DNA of 64,000 nt, taken from a virus. The stretch covers positions 1-64,000 of IMG/VR virus record IMGVR_UViG_3300021600_000005. One strand, 5' to 3'. The notes under the pieces were generated by a model. That model was not told where the DNA came from. It did not search any database and was given only the letters and a program-made list of their open reading frames with translations. Positions 22,724-33,162 of the stretch are shown piece after piece (the stretch's first letter is position 1; every line of letters begins with the position of its first letter). A program made the translations under genes and the position numbers.

Positions 22724-23286
22724 GTTATAGAAACCCATTTTATTTGGTAATTTTTATTTTCATCACAAAACTTAGCGTATTTGTTAATTATAGGTCTTCC
22801 TGTGTTATAAGCTCCGCAAACAATCTCCCAGTCACCGTATTTTTCATATAAATAAGAAAGTAGTTTCATACTAGTTTCCACATTAAGTTCAATATCGGTT
22901 TTTAATTTTTTTGTATTTGTTTTTTTACCATTAATAAATGTTGCGGTTGATGGCATAATTTGCATTGGTCCAACCGCACCACTTCGTGATGTCCTATTAG
23001 GGTTATATTTCCAATCAAACGGGCCTCGATAAGCGGTTTCTAAAAATGCAATATTAAACGCCACGTGTTTTGGGACGCAATATTTTGTTGATAATTTATC
23101 AATAAAGTCAAACATGACTATTGAATTTGGATAAATAATTGTGGAGTCTCTTTTACCATTTAAAATAATAACATGTGAGGTTTTATTAACTTTACATGGA
23201 ATTAACGATAGTAAAAAAATAATTGGTAATGTTAAAATTAAATAAAATAGTATTTTTTTTCTTAATGTCATTTTTTTTAAAAACAT
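22717..23286 (-). CDS. Lytic transglycosylase (SLT domain) with N-terminal membrane anchor
   Basis: FLET, SGAVGPMQIMPSTA, NVETSMKLL, GAYNTG. Confidence 0.85.
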   Translation of the reverse strand: MFLKKMTLRKKILFYLILTLPIIFLLSLIPCKVNKTSHVIILNGKRDSTIIYPNSIVMFDFIDKLSTKYCVPKHVAFNIAFLETAYRGPFDWKYNPNRTSRSGAVGPMQIMPSTATFINGKKTNTKKLKTDIELNVETSMKLLSYLYEKYGDWEIVCGAYNTGRPIINKYAKFCDENKNYQIKWVSITY

Positions 23287-23298
23287 AATAATTAATTT

Positions 23299-24576
23299 TT
23301 AACTAATCAATTTTTTACTTTTTTTGTCTCTATGAAAATTAATTGTGAATCTATGGACCTCTTCTTGAATTTTTGATAAGTAAAAAAACTCCTCTGAACT
23401 TTCAATTTTAATTTCTGAACTATCACATAAATGTATTGTTTCTGATTTATGATTATTATTTTTTGATATTGATATTAAATCTATTTTATCTAACAAATTT
23501 AATCTGGTAAGAACTGTTTTACCAACGTTTAATTGACCTTTACCACCATCAATTAATATCATTGAAGGTAAGACACCCTTCTCATCTAAAAGTCTTTTTA
23601 ATCGTCTATAAATGACTTCATCAAACGATGCATAATCATCTGGGCCAACAACATTTTTTAAATTATATTTACGATAAGAACTTTTTTCAGGTAACCCATT
23701 AACAAATCTTACGGAAGCCGAAACAATACAATCACCATTATGGTGTGAATTATCAAAAGATTCTATTATCAGAGGAGTGTTTTTTAAATTTAATATTTTT
23801 TTTATATTTTTAGTTAAATTTATACTTTTTTGAATTCTTGATGGTTCTAAAAGAATTTTTATTTTTTCAAGTTCGTCAATTTTAAATTTTATTTGTAGAG
23901 CTTTTTCAAACTCAAAAGAGTCTGAGCACGATTTCATTATTTTCCAAAGATGAGTTTCTACTTTTTTATAATTAAACGTTAAAATTTCTTTTGCCAAATC
24001 ACAATTTTTTTTATAATCAAATTTATTAATTTTAGATTCGCATGGAGCCGAACATCTATTAATGTGAAATTCAAGACAAGATTTAAATTTTTTATTTTCA
24101 ATATTATTTTTAGATAAATTATAAGAACAATTCCTAAGATTCACTATTCTATGTATAGTTTCATAAACTTCATGACAAGTATTACTACTAGAAAACTCAC
24201 AGATAATTTCATTAGTCGAAGTTTTAATTGGGGTTATTTCTAATTTTGGAAAATCTCCACAAGAAAAACTAATCCCCCATTTTTTAGTTCTGTCATCTTT
24301 ACCTTTAACATTAAATTTTGGTCGATATAGTTTAATCAAATCGTCTTCAAGTAAAATCGCTTCGTTTTCGTTAATTGTACTAATAAAATCCACATCTTTA
24401 ATTCTTTCTAATAAAGCTTTTGTTTTAAGTTCGATTGGGTTTGGTCTAAAATAAGACATAACTCTATTTGGCAAATATTTTGATTTACCAACATATATTA
24501 TTTTTTCTTTTTCATCTTTAAATAAATAACAACCAGGTGTTTCTGGAATTAATGATAATTTTATTTTAAGTGACAT
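23299..24576 (-). CDS. uvrC: Excinuclease ABC subunit C (truncated, no C-terminal HhH)
   Basis: GIY-YIG (PGCYLF..IIYVGKS..RV.SYF), Cys cluster, UVR domain, ESFDNSH, DDYASF, ILIDGGKGQ, EVHRF. Confidence 0.9.
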   Translation of the reverse strand: MSLKIKLSLIPETPGCYLFKDEKEKIIYVGKSKYLPNRVMSYFRPNPIELKTKALLERIKDVDFISTINENEAILLEDDLIKLYRPKFNVKGKDDRTKKWGISFSCGDFPKLEITPIKTSTNEIICEFSSSNTCHEVYETIHRIVNLRNCSYNLSKNNIENKKFKSCLEFHINRCSAPCESKINKFDYKKNCDLAKEILTFNYKKVETHLWKIMKSCSDSFEFEKALQIKFKIDELEKIKILLEPSRIQKSINLTKNIKKILNLKNTPLIIESFDNSHHNGDCIVSASVRFVNGLPEKSSYRKYNLKNVVGPDDYASFDEVIYRRLKRLLDEKGVLPSMILIDGGKGQLNVGKTVLTRLNLLDKIDLISISKNNNHKSETIHLCDSSEIKIESSEEFFYLSKIQEEVHRFTINFHRDKKSKKLIS

Positions 24577-24608
24577 TTTATAAAGTTATTATATGTATAT
24601 TTATTATT

Positions 24609-25103
24609 ATGTCAAATTTAAGTAAATTAACGGATAAAGAAAAAAAAATTGTTAAAATAATTGTTAATAATTTTTCATTAGAAAGCCTTAAAGAAGAAAT
24701 TGAGTTGTTTGTTACTGATGGTGACCCTCCAGAGTCTATATCAAACTTATTTAAACTAATGAGTTTAACTAAATATAACAGATATGGTATACAATATGTA
24801 AATTATTGTTGTGAAAATTATTTAGAGCTTAAAGAAAATATTTTTGACGCTCCAATAAGTAGAACTAATGACTTTGAAATAAAACTTAATACTACTGAGA
24901 CTGAAATAGTGTACAAAAAACACACATTAACAATAGAATGTCCTACTTTTTTACTAAAACGTAGAATGGAATACCTTAAGGAAACTTTTTGGGAGTACGA
25001 CCCAGACTCAATGATTCAAGATTATGGTGAAAGTGAAATTATTGATGAAGATTTTGACAAACCTAAAGACCTAGGTCCATCATTCGGTAATGTTATTAAT
25101 TAA
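24609..25103 (+). CDS. Hypothetical protein
   Basis: ORF after TATTTAT. Confidence 0.5.
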   Translation: MSNLSKLTDKEKKIVKIIVNNFSLESLKEEIELFVTDGDPPESISNLFKLMSLTKYNRYGIQYVNYCCENYLELKENIFDAPISRTNDFEIKLNTTETEIVYKKHTLTIECPTFLLKRRMEYLKETFWEYDPDSMIQDYGESEIIDEDFDKPKDLGPSFGNVIN

Positions 25104-25521
25104 CACTAACAACTTCTAAATCAAAAATTAATTTTTTACCTGCTAAAGGATGGTTAGCATCAATAGTTACTTTTTCATCTGTCACTTTTGTTACTCTTAC
25201 AGTAATTGGTCCATTTTGACCCATACCTTGCAAAGATTCTCCAACGGTTACTCCTTCAGGAGCTTGGTTTTTATCTAGTTCGGTAATAAAATCTTCTTTA
25301 ACTGGTCCATAAGCGTCTTCATGTTCAATATGGATTGTTTTCTTTTCACCAACCGACATATTAATTAACCCATCTTCAAATCCTTTAATAAGACTTCCTT
25401 GACCTAACGTTACTTTTAATGGTTCACGGTCTGATTTTAATGACGTATCAAAGATAGTCCCATCTTCTAATTTACCTGTGTAGTTTACAACTACTAAATC
25501 ACCTTTTTTAATTTTTTCCAT
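25096..25521 (-). CDS. FKBP-type peptidyl-prolyl isomerase (SlyD/FkpB-like, no His tail)
   Basis: VNYTGKLEDGTIFDTS, LIKGFE, AYG, DANHPLAGKKLIFDLEV. Confidence 0.92.
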   Translation of the reverse strand: MEKIKKGDLVVVNYTGKLEDGTIFDTSLKSDREPLKVTLGQGSLIKGFEDGLINMSVGEKKTIHIEHEDAYGPVKEDFITELDKNQAPEGVTVGESLQGMGQNGPITVRVTKVTDEKVTIDANHPLAGKKLIFDLEVVSVN

Positions 25522-26634
25522 TATTCTTTTTTTAAAAAATTAGATATTTTTTTTTATTTTTAAAGATAAAAATATATCTTTGTGTCAATATTTATTATAA
25601 ATCAAAATCTTATGTCAAATTCAGAAATAGTTGAAGAAATTTTATTTTGTGTACATCAAAACAAAATTATAAATGAATTTCAAAACAAAGTAAAAGAATT
25701 AGAAAAATCTCATCCGAGTTTTCATTTTTTTGATTTAGCCCAAATGGCTTATTTTTTACTTGAAAAAGAAAAAGTGGTTATAACAAATCAACAGCACTAA
25801 TAACCTCAACCCCTTCATTAAACCCCATAAATTTCCAAGAATCGGAAATTAAATAGTATAGTCCGTCAGGATATGCGTTTGTTAATAGTTTTGGGTCGTT
25901 TAAAAATAATTTACAATCAATAACATATTTTTTTTTATTTGTCGAATAAAAAATATTATTAACTTTTATTTTAGAGTCTTCTCCAAATAGGAGTATTTTT
26001 TCTGGTTCATTTAAATGATTTATAACTTTTTCAAATGAACGTTTCATATTATGTAAATATTAGTAAGATTATTTAAAAAATCTATTGACAGTGCAATATA
26101 TTTATTGTAAATTTTAATATGTATTTAGAAATAATTTTAACGTTAATTTTATTATTAATGGTTTGGATACCAGTAATGATAATCCTATGGTGGTTCAAAG
26201 TAGGTAGAAAAATAATTAAAACTTTTTCAGGGATGAAAAATGTTTTAAATCAAAAACCTAATATTGAGACCCCCCCAATTCATAATATAACAACGGAGCA
26301 AAAAATTGAACCTCCGTTAAAAAATCAACAACCACCTATGCCGGATATTGCTCAACTTATGGGGATGGTGGACCAGTTTGGAAAAATGTTTGGAAACAAT
26401 AGGAAATAATATGGAAATAATGATTTTAAAAAAAGAATATGAATGGGTTTTAAAAATATTAAACTCTTCTATTAATTTATATCAAATAAAAACATCTGAA
26501 AATTTATTTAATGCGTTTATTAATAAATGGGATGATGAAATATCTGATGAAAAAAAAATAACTTTATTTTATGAATTTAAAAAAAATAAGTTATCAAAAT
26601 GTGATGAAATTGGTTTTTCAACCTTTAAAATTTA

Positions 26635-26943
26635 TTAAGGATAATTATTCATATGTAGGTATATAGTTGAGGTAGTTATATAACCCTTCAAATTTAATGT
26701 TTCCTCCACCCAGTCTTTTGTAATCGACTGAAGTTCTTTATATTCAAGTGAAAACATGGATTCTAAAAATGACCAAATTGTATCATAATCAAAATAAAAT
26801 TGTTTATTTATCCTATCTATCTGAGCAAGTCTTTTTTTATTTTTAACATAATAAGAACCAATAATTTCAACATCAGAAAACATATCGTTTAACCAATCCT
26901 TAACCAATCTTGCCCTTTGCGTTTTTGTTATGTTAATTTTCAT
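26635..26943 (-). CDS. MKINITKTQ paralogue with 36-nt repeat in its 3' end
   Basis: Repeat GGTGGAGGAAACATTAAATTTGAAGGGTTATATAAC at 26710-26675. Confidence 0.75.
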   Translation of the reverse strand: MKINITKTQRARLVKDWLNDMFSDVEIIGSYYVKNKKRLAQIDRINKQFYFDYDTIWSFLESMFSLEYKELQSITKDWVEETLNLKGYITTSTIYLHMNNYP

Positions 26944-26983
26944 TTAATATAAATACTTTAAAATTTAACGACTCTTTCACCGA

Positions 26984-27289
26984 TTATGTCCTCCATATAG
27001 TAGTATTGGGATTATAAGTAGTTTTATGGCCCTTCAAATTTAATGTTTCTTCCACCCAGTCTTCTGTAATAGCTTGCAGTTCCCTATATTCAAGTGAAAA
27101 CACGGATTCTAAAAATAACCAAATTGTATTATAATCAAACCAAAACTCCTTATTTTTTTTATCATGGAAACCAATGTTTTTTTTATTTTTAACATAATAA
27201 GACCCAAGTATTTCAGCATCAGAAAACATATCGTTTAACCAATCCTTAACCAATCTTGCCCTTTGTGTTTTTGTTATGTTAATTTTCAT
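26984..27289 (-). CDS. MKINITKTQ paralogue with repeat-spacer-repeat 3' end
   Basis: Repeat 27056-27021, 39-nt spacer, degenerate repeat 26981-26946 carrying TATTTAT for the next gene. Confidence 0.75.
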   Translation of the reverse strand: MKINITKTQRARLVKDWLNDMFSDAEILGSYYVKNKKNIGFHDKKNKEFWFDYNTIWLFLESVFSLEYRELQAITEDWVEETLNLKGHKTTYNPNTTIWRT

Positions 27290-27296
27290 TTTCTTA

Positions 27297-28118
27297 TTAA
27301 GAAAGTGATGAATATATTTTTTTAAATTCTTTCAATCTATGGTCTAAACCTATTGTTCCACCATTTACTCGTTTTGTTACAGCGATTACTGTAGAATCGT
27401 CAGAGCCTTTATCACAAATAGACCAAAGTTTATTAGAGTCAAAGAAAAACGCAGCTGACGCTAACGGATATTTAGTTGCAACTAATTCTGGATTTTTCAT
27501 AATATCGTCATCAACAGTTTTATCAAATTTTGAATAATTATCTTTACCGGTTAATTGAATATATCCTCTGCCGCAAAATAAATAACCTTCTTTAGTTAAT
27601 TCATTACCATTACCCATTCTATTTCCATAAACAAGGGAGGCGATTTTTTCTGGATTACGAGCGTATGATTCACTTAAATTACCCGGAAAATATTTAGGGA
27701 ATATTTTTTTAAGTCCATCAGAGCTGTAATTTAAATTTTCTTTAACCGCTTTAAATCCTCCAGATTCATGACTACATTGAGCCAAAAAATGAGACAATCT
27801 TAAATTGTTTGTAATATTAAATTTAATAGCCGTTTCAGGTATTTGAGAAATTACCAAATCTGGAATTAGGCCTTTTAATTTATCTAGTTTTAACCCTTCT
27901 ACTTTTGGAGTAGATACAGTTTCATTTATGGGTGATAAATTAATTCCCATTTTTTCCAAAGTTGATTGACCGGCAATCCCGTCTGAAATTAAACCGTTTT
28001 TAGTTTGCCATTCTTTTAATGTTTTTTCTGTGTTAGGGCCAAAGACACCATCAAGTGTTAACCCTAATTTTGATTGAAGTTGTTTAACAATTTCACCATT
28101 TGAACCTAATTTTACCAT
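27297..28118 (-). CDS. Endolysin: peptidoglycan-binding domain plus GH19 (chitinase/lysozyme-like)
   Basis: DGVFGPNT..WQ..NGL..DGIAG; HFLAQCSHESGGF..ENLNYS; GRGYIQLTGKDNY; TKRVNGGTIGL. Confidence 0.9.
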   Translation of the reverse strand: MVKLGSNGEIVKQLQSKLGLTLDGVFGPNTEKTLKEWQTKNGLISDGIAGQSTLEKMGINLSPINETVSTPKVEGLKLDKLKGLIPDLVISQIPETAIKFNITNNLRLSHFLAQCSHESGGFKAVKENLNYSSDGLKKIFPKYFPGNLSESYARNPEKIASLVYGNRMGNGNELTKEGYLFCGRGYIQLTGKDNYSKFDKTVDDDIMKNPELVATKYPLASAAFFFDSNKLWSICDKGSDDSTVIAVTKRVNGGTIGLDHRLKEFKKIYSSLS

Positions 28119-28263
28119 AAATAATTTTTATTAATAAATATCCAAATAATTTTTTTATGGTATTTAATAAATTTTATAAAATTTTATGATTGTTTAATGT
28201 AATTTAAAATATTTATATGTAAATACTATAATTAAAAATTAATAAGAACTAAACACTAAAAAT

Positions 28264-28518
28264 ATGGACGCACAAACTATAGTTATTATTACCGCTTTAA
28301 TAGGAATTCTTAAAGGAAAGGATGTGTGGGAGTATTTTAAATTTAGAATTGAAAATAAAAGTAAAGGTAACGATAAAATTATTGACATTTATGAAAAAAG
28401 AATTTTATCTCTTGAATCAGAAATAAAAGAATTAAGGGATAAACAAGATGAATTACTTAAAAGAATGGAAAGTAAAATATTAAAAAGCCGAGGAACTAAA
28501 AAAGAGGTTTTAGGGTAA
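28264..28518 (+). CDS. Small TM plus coiled-coil protein (possible holin/lysis accessory)
   Basis: Hydrophobic N-terminus; divergent from the endolysin. Confidence 0.35.
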   Translation: MDAQTIVIITALIGILKGKDVWEYFKFRIENKSKGNDKIIDIYEKRILSLESEIKELRDKQDELLKRMESKILKSRGTKKEVLG

Positions 28519-28550
28519 TTTATTTGTCTTTGTCAAATGAATCATTGTCT

Positions 28551-29099
28551 TTATAATCCGGAATCAGCAATAGGGATGCCATTGCTAACGACATCGAAAA
28601 CCGAAACAACCTGCACCCGACCAAAGTAAGTTTTAGGCTGCCACACCAATACATCAGACAAAAGAAACTTCTCTTGTGCCTTTTTGTATGTTCCAGATGG
28701 ATTTGCAGGGATAAACCAATGCTGAAAAATAATCCTTTTACTTGCTACTCTTGAAAGTTCAGTTAGTAAATCGTGATTCCATTGAAACTTTCCGTTGTAT
28801 GGTGGGTCGCAAATAACCGTTTCAAATTCGTTATCCTTTACAAAGTCTTTCATATTTGAAGCATCGCAAATTATATCAGGTTTATTTTCAGCATCAGCAT
28901 CTAATCGAACATCTCCAAGCATTGATTTACCACTACAAACGTGCAATGTTCTACCGATGAACAATCCTTGCAAAACATCTTCAATGCTATCGTTCCAAAG
29001 TTTCTTTTTAACTCTGTAAATGTGGCTCGTTCCTGCCAACGGCACACTTCCTTTTGTCTTGTCAATAGCAGGTTGATTTTTGTAAGTTACATTTCCCAT
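28551..29099 (-). CDS. Minimal SAM-dependent amino-methyltransferase (DPPY), probably N6-adenine/N4-cytosine
   Basis: LHVCSG motif I, ICDA, VICDPPY motif IV. Confidence 0.7.
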   Translation of the reverse strand: MGNVTYKNQPAIDKTKGSVPLAGTSHIYRVKKKLWNDSIEDVLQGLFIGRTLHVCSGKSMLGDVRLDADAENKPDIICDASNMKDFVKDNEFETVICDPPYNGKFQWNHDLLTELSRVASKRIIFQHWFIPANPSGTYKKAQEKFLLSDVLVWQPKTYFGRVQVVSVFDVVSNGIPIADSGL

Positions 29100-29140
29100 A
29101 TTTATTATTTATTTAAGTTTTCGTTTCAAAATCCGCAACG

Positions 29141-29240
29141 GCATATAACAGCGGTTTTGTGCTATTTGCCCCATCAACATTTGTGGTAACTTGAAACTTT
29201 GTGCAAGGGGCAAACAGACACAAAGTCAGTACGGTCATAA
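29141..29240. mobile_element. attC-like imperfect palindrome (integron-cassette-type site)
   Basis: GCATATAAC end box; arms TTTTGTGCTATTTGCCCC / GGGGCAAACAGACACAAAG with extrahelical bases; GC-richer than surroundings. Confidence 0.5.
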
Positions 29241-29267
29241 TTATAGTTAATATTATTGTCACAACTT

Positions 29268-29519
29268 TTATTTTTTTATTATTGGATTAATTATTATCAC
29301 TTCTGATTCGGTTTCAATTATTACTCTTGCCCCACAAGATAGTATTGGTTTAGCATCACACCCCTCACCACCATATATTATTTTACTCGGACCTAAAATT
29401 TCAACTTCATTACAATAAGTATTTTTTTTACCTTGTTTAACTGTAATCACAGGTAAATCAGTTCCTTTAGTTTTGTTAGAACGAATATTATGTTGGTTAA
29501 CATGTATTCTTGTTTTCAT
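29268..29519 (-). CDS. Conserved small phage protein
   Basis: IHVNQHNIRSN...PVITVK...LSCGARV.IET. Confidence 0.6.
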   Translation of the reverse strand: MKTRIHVNQHNIRSNKTKGTDLPVITVKQGKKNTYCNEVEILGPSKIIYGGEGCDAKPILSCGARVIIETESEVIIINPIIKK

Positions 29520-29522
29520 AAC

Positions 29523-30647
29523 TTAATTACTTAAAGGGGCTTTAATTGTTGGGTGTGATTGATAGTTTATAAGTTTGAAGTTATCATAAACATATTCATC
29601 AAACTTTAAATCAGGATTAGTGACCATAACTAAGGTTGGTAACTTAAATGATTCTCTACTGATTTGTTCTTTAGCTTGCTCAATATGATTGAGATACAAG
29701 TGAGTATCACCTAAGTTTCCAATTAGCTCATCAGGAACCATATTAACTTCTTTAGCAATAATTTCTAATAACAATCCATAACTTGCAATGTTAAATGGTA
29801 AACCTAAGAATGTATCTACTGAACGTTGATTCCACATTAAAGAGATTGCTCTGGTTGGAATGTTATAATCATCAAATAAACTATTCCACCCATTTTCATC
29901 CGTTGGGAAAACATCCTTAATCCAAGATGATTTGTCGTAAATGTTTTTACGTTCTTGTGAACTCAACTCTTTTGTATAAACTTGAAATCCATAATGACAA
30001 GGTGGAAGAGTCATTTGGTCTAATTCTCCAACATTCCAGCTTGAAACCATTAATCGTCTTGAGTCTGGATTTGTTTTAAGGTCGTTGATTAGATTTGCGA
30101 TTTGGTCTATTGAATTATTTTGGTGCGTTACTTTAACATCATATTTACTATAATCTCCACCATCACGAATTAAGTCCATAACTTTAACTTTGTCAGAACT
30201 TTTTACATTTTCTAAATCATAATTTATTACGTTTTTTTTACCCCAACTTCTCCATTGCTTACCATAAATTGGACCTAACTCACCCCACTTATTTTCCCAT
30301 TCTTTATCTGTTTTAATTTTATTGACAAAATCTTCTTTACTATATGGAATCTTAACTTCAGGACTATTAACATATCTCTTATAAGCATCGCCGTCCCAAA
30401 TATGACAATCATTATCAACTAAATACTTAATATTAGTATCTCCTTTTAAAAACCATAACAATTCAGTTACAATAGTTTTAAATGCCATCTTCTTAGTTGT
30501 AAGCAATGGAAATCCTTCACTCATCTTATGACGTATCTGTCTTCCAAAGATACTGATTGTTCCAGTCCCTGTTCTGTCCGACTTGGTTACTCCATTATCT
30601 AAGATGTCTTGGAGTAGGTCTGTGTATTGTTTATCTAATTTATTCAT
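29523..30647 (-). CDS. thyA: Thymidylate synthase (alternative in-frame start at 30740)
   Basis: DRTGTGT, FPLLTTKK, ELLWF, LGPIYGKQWR, LPPCH, QRSVD.FLGLPFNIASY, HLYLNH. Confidence 0.95.
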   Translation of the reverse strand: MNKLDKQYTDLLQDILDNGVTKSDRTGTGTISIFGRQIRHKMSEGFPLLTTKKMAFKTIVTELLWFLKGDTNIKYLVDNDCHIWDGDAYKRYVNSPEVKIPYSKEDFVNKIKTDKEWENKWGELGPIYGKQWRSWGKKNVINYDLENVKSSDKVKVMDLIRDGGDYSKYDVKVTHQNNSIDQIANLINDLKTNPDSRRLMVSSWNVGELDQMTLPPCHYGFQVYTKELSSQERKNIYDKSSWIKDVFPTDENGWNSLFDDYNIPTRAISLMWNQRSVDTFLGLPFNIASYGLLLEIIAKEVNMVPDELIGNLGDTHLYLNHIEQAKEQISRESFKLPTLVMVTNPDLKFDEYVYDNFKLINYQSHPTIKAPLSN

Positions 30648-30736
30648 AACTTTTTCTTTTTGTGCGTAAGATAATACAGATGGCATACCACTATAATGAC
30701 ACCACAACTCACCTAAATTATCTTCATTATCTTCTT

Positions 30737-31084
30737 TCATTTTACAAACAATTGAATTCCTAGTATGGTAAGGGCTAATATTAAACAAATAATTGTTTTT
30801 GTATTAAAAGGTTCATTAAAAAGATACCAACTAAAGTAAGTAAATACTATTGCTCCTAATGAAAATCCTATTAATCTTGATGGCCACATTTGACCTTCAT
30901 ATGCAATTACCATATTCTTTACTGAATACATAAAAAACATTGATGCCGGTATACCCATTAAAACAACCAACCAGTAATTGTTTTTAAACCAATCATACTT
31001 CATTTGTCCCTGTAATTGAAAGAAAGTTACGATTTGAGCAAGAATGCCAAACACAATACCGATTATAAGTTTTCCTACGTTCAT
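30737..31084 (-). CDS. Four-TM small membrane protein (DMT/SMR-like)
   Basis: Four hydrophobic helices, FNEP motif. Confidence 0.5.
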   Translation of the reverse strand: MNVGKLIIGIVFGILAQIVTFFQLQGQMKYDWFKNNYWLVVLMGIPASMFFMYSVKNMVIAYEGQMWPSRLIGFSLGAIVFTYFSWYLFNEPFNTKTIICLILALTILGIQLFVK

Positions 31085-31108
31085 TTTATTTTAATAACTT
31101 TCTATTAT

Positions 31109-31744
31109 TTAATCCCACCACCACGACATACGTTCATTTAAAATTTTAAACAAAAGACTATGAGCTTTTTGTTGGTTATAATGACCGATATTCATAGCGA
31201 TTCTTTGTTTTATTTCAACTGTGTTTTCTTCTTCTCCTATTTTAATATTAAAAATTTGAAGTTTTTTGTTGGATAAAACTTTTTTATATGAAAGTGGGTA
31301 CTTTTTAAAATACGAATCAAAGTCTTCGTGTATTATCTTTATGTCTAATGTTTTATTTTCAGTATCTCCAGGAATATCTAAAAAATTATATTCGGTTTTT
31401 TCATAGTCTGAGTATTCAATTGAATAGAAATCTTCTTGTACTCGTTGAATAAGATTCAAACATAAAGTCATATCTCGATTGTCTCGTTCAACTTCACTAT
31501 GTCTATTAGACGTAACAATATATTTACGTTGTAGTTCAATCTTACGTTTTAACACTTCAAAAATATAATTACTATCCCAATGTCTATCATTAAAAATAAC
31601 TGAAAACCAATCAATAAGATTTTTTACACCTCTTAAAAATTCTAAAAACCATACCGGTAAATAATTTTTCCAGGAGTTTCTATCCCAAGCGCTATCTTTC
31701 GGCATTGGAAGTTTTTTGATTATTTTGTTATTATAAATGTCCAT
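31109..31744 (-). CDS. Conserved phage hypothetical protein
   Basis: DRHWD..Y, C-terminal WWD. Confidence 0.6.
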   Translation of the reverse strand: MDIYNNKIIKKLPMPKDSAWDRNSWKNYLPVWFLEFLRGVKNLIDWFSVIFNDRHWDSNYIFEVLKRKIELQRKYIVTSNRHSEVERDNRDMTLCLNLIQRVQEDFYSIEYSDYEKTEYNFLDIPGDTENKTLDIKIIHEDFDSYFKKYPLSYKKVLSNKKLQIFNIKIGEEENTVEIKQRIAMNIGHYNQQKAHSLLFKILNERMSWWWD

Positions 31745-31800
31745 TTTTTACGTTAAATATTTTATAAAGATATGTAAAAAATATTAATAATCAAATAAAA

Positions 31801-33162
31801 TCATTTTTTTAAAAACACATTCAAATCTTCAGGAGTCCCCAGTCCCCACATTTTTTCAATATCAAAAGTTCTAATTTTTTTACAATCTTTAATTGCTTGG
31901 TTAAAAACGGGACAAATATAAAATTCATCATTCACTCTGATATTTTTCTTAATCATTTCTTCTGAGTATTTTACATAGTCAGAACCTTTTTTCCAAAAAT
32001 AAATTCCAGCGGTTGCAATATTTGATATTGGGTTTTTTTCTGCAACCTCTGTTACATAACCATTGTCATCAATTTTAGCAAATGACCATTTTGGATGAGT
32101 GGAACGGAATGTAACAATACCTCCATCAGAATTTGTTTCCATCATTTTGTACATAAATTCATTTGAATCCCATTCAATAAATTGGTCAGAATTCGCAATT
32201 AAAAGCGGATTTTCATTATTAATATAATCTTTGGTTAATAAAGTTGTGCAAGCGGCTCCTTCAGTTAATTTATCTACCTCAACAATTTTACAATTAGGTG
32301 AAATTAATTTTAATAACGCGTCTAAGTTATATTTTTCCCTATGTGATTTTTGAACAATATAAATAAAATTGGCATTAATATTAAGATTTTCGGTTACTAC
32401 TTTAATCATTGGTTCTCCGTTAATTTCAATTAATGGTTTTGGAAAAGAATATCCGGCTTTTTCAAATCTTGAACCGGCTCCCGCCATCGGAATTAAAACG
32501 TTTAATTTATTGTCAGACCATTTTGGGATTATCATAATTTTGTTTTTGTTTAATTTATTTTTTATTTTTTCAATTGTTAAATCTGAAGGATTGTTAACCC
32601 TTAAAACATTTGCGTTACTTCTACCGGCAGCTAAAAGCCCTGGAGGGGAATCCTCAACAATTAAAGTTTCTTCAGGTAAAACTCCCATTGTACTCATGGT
32701 TTTCCAATACATTTCAGGATGAGGTTTACTATTTTTAACGTCTTCATTTGAAATAATTAAATCCATGTATTCAATAATACCAATTTTTGATAACATAACC
32801 AACACAGACCTTCTAATTGAATTTGAAGCGCATGATAATCGATATCCCATTTTTCTTAATTCTTTGAACAATTCAATCATTTTAATGTTTGGTTGTAATT
32901 CGGAAATTAAGTTAATTGTTAAATTTTGTTTTTGATTCCAAATATCATCATATGTATTTGGATTTAGACCTTTATTAACTGTTAGTAATTCTAATTTTTG
33001 ATAGGTTTTTAAACCGTCATATATTGATAAATGTTCTGTTTCGGATATAACATATTTTTCAGTATTGCAAACTTCTCTCAAAGATTGGTTTAATGTTTGA
33101 AAATGTATTTGTTTAGCGTCAACTAAAACCCCATCTAAATCAAATATTATTAATTTAATCAT
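31801..33162 (-). CDS. HAD phosphatase fused to sugar-nucleotidyltransferase
   Basis: FDLDGVL, KPHPE, EDS..G; IPMAGAGSRF...PKPLI, LGTPEDL. Confidence 0.88.
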   Translation of the reverse strand: MIKLIIFDLDGVLVDAKQIHFQTLNQSLREVCNTEKYVISETEHLSIYDGLKTYQKLELLTVNKGLNPNTYDDIWNQKQNLTINLISELQPNIKMIELFKELRKMGYRLSCASNSIRRSVLVMLSKIGIIEYMDLIISNEDVKNSKPHPEMYWKTMSTMGVLPEETLIVEDSPPGLLAAGRSNANVLRVNNPSDLTIEKIKNKLNKNKIMIIPKWSDNKLNVLIPMAGAGSRFEKAGYSFPKPLIEINGEPMIKVVTENLNINANFIYIVQKSHREKYNLDALLKLISPNCKIVEVDKLTEGAACTTLLTKDYINNENPLLIANSDQFIEWDSNEFMYKMMETNSDGGIVTFRSTHPKWSFAKIDDNGYVTEVAEKNPISNIATAGIYFWKKGSDYVKYSEEMIKKNIRVNDEFYICPVFNQAIKDCKKIRTFDIEKMWGLGTPEDLNVFLKK

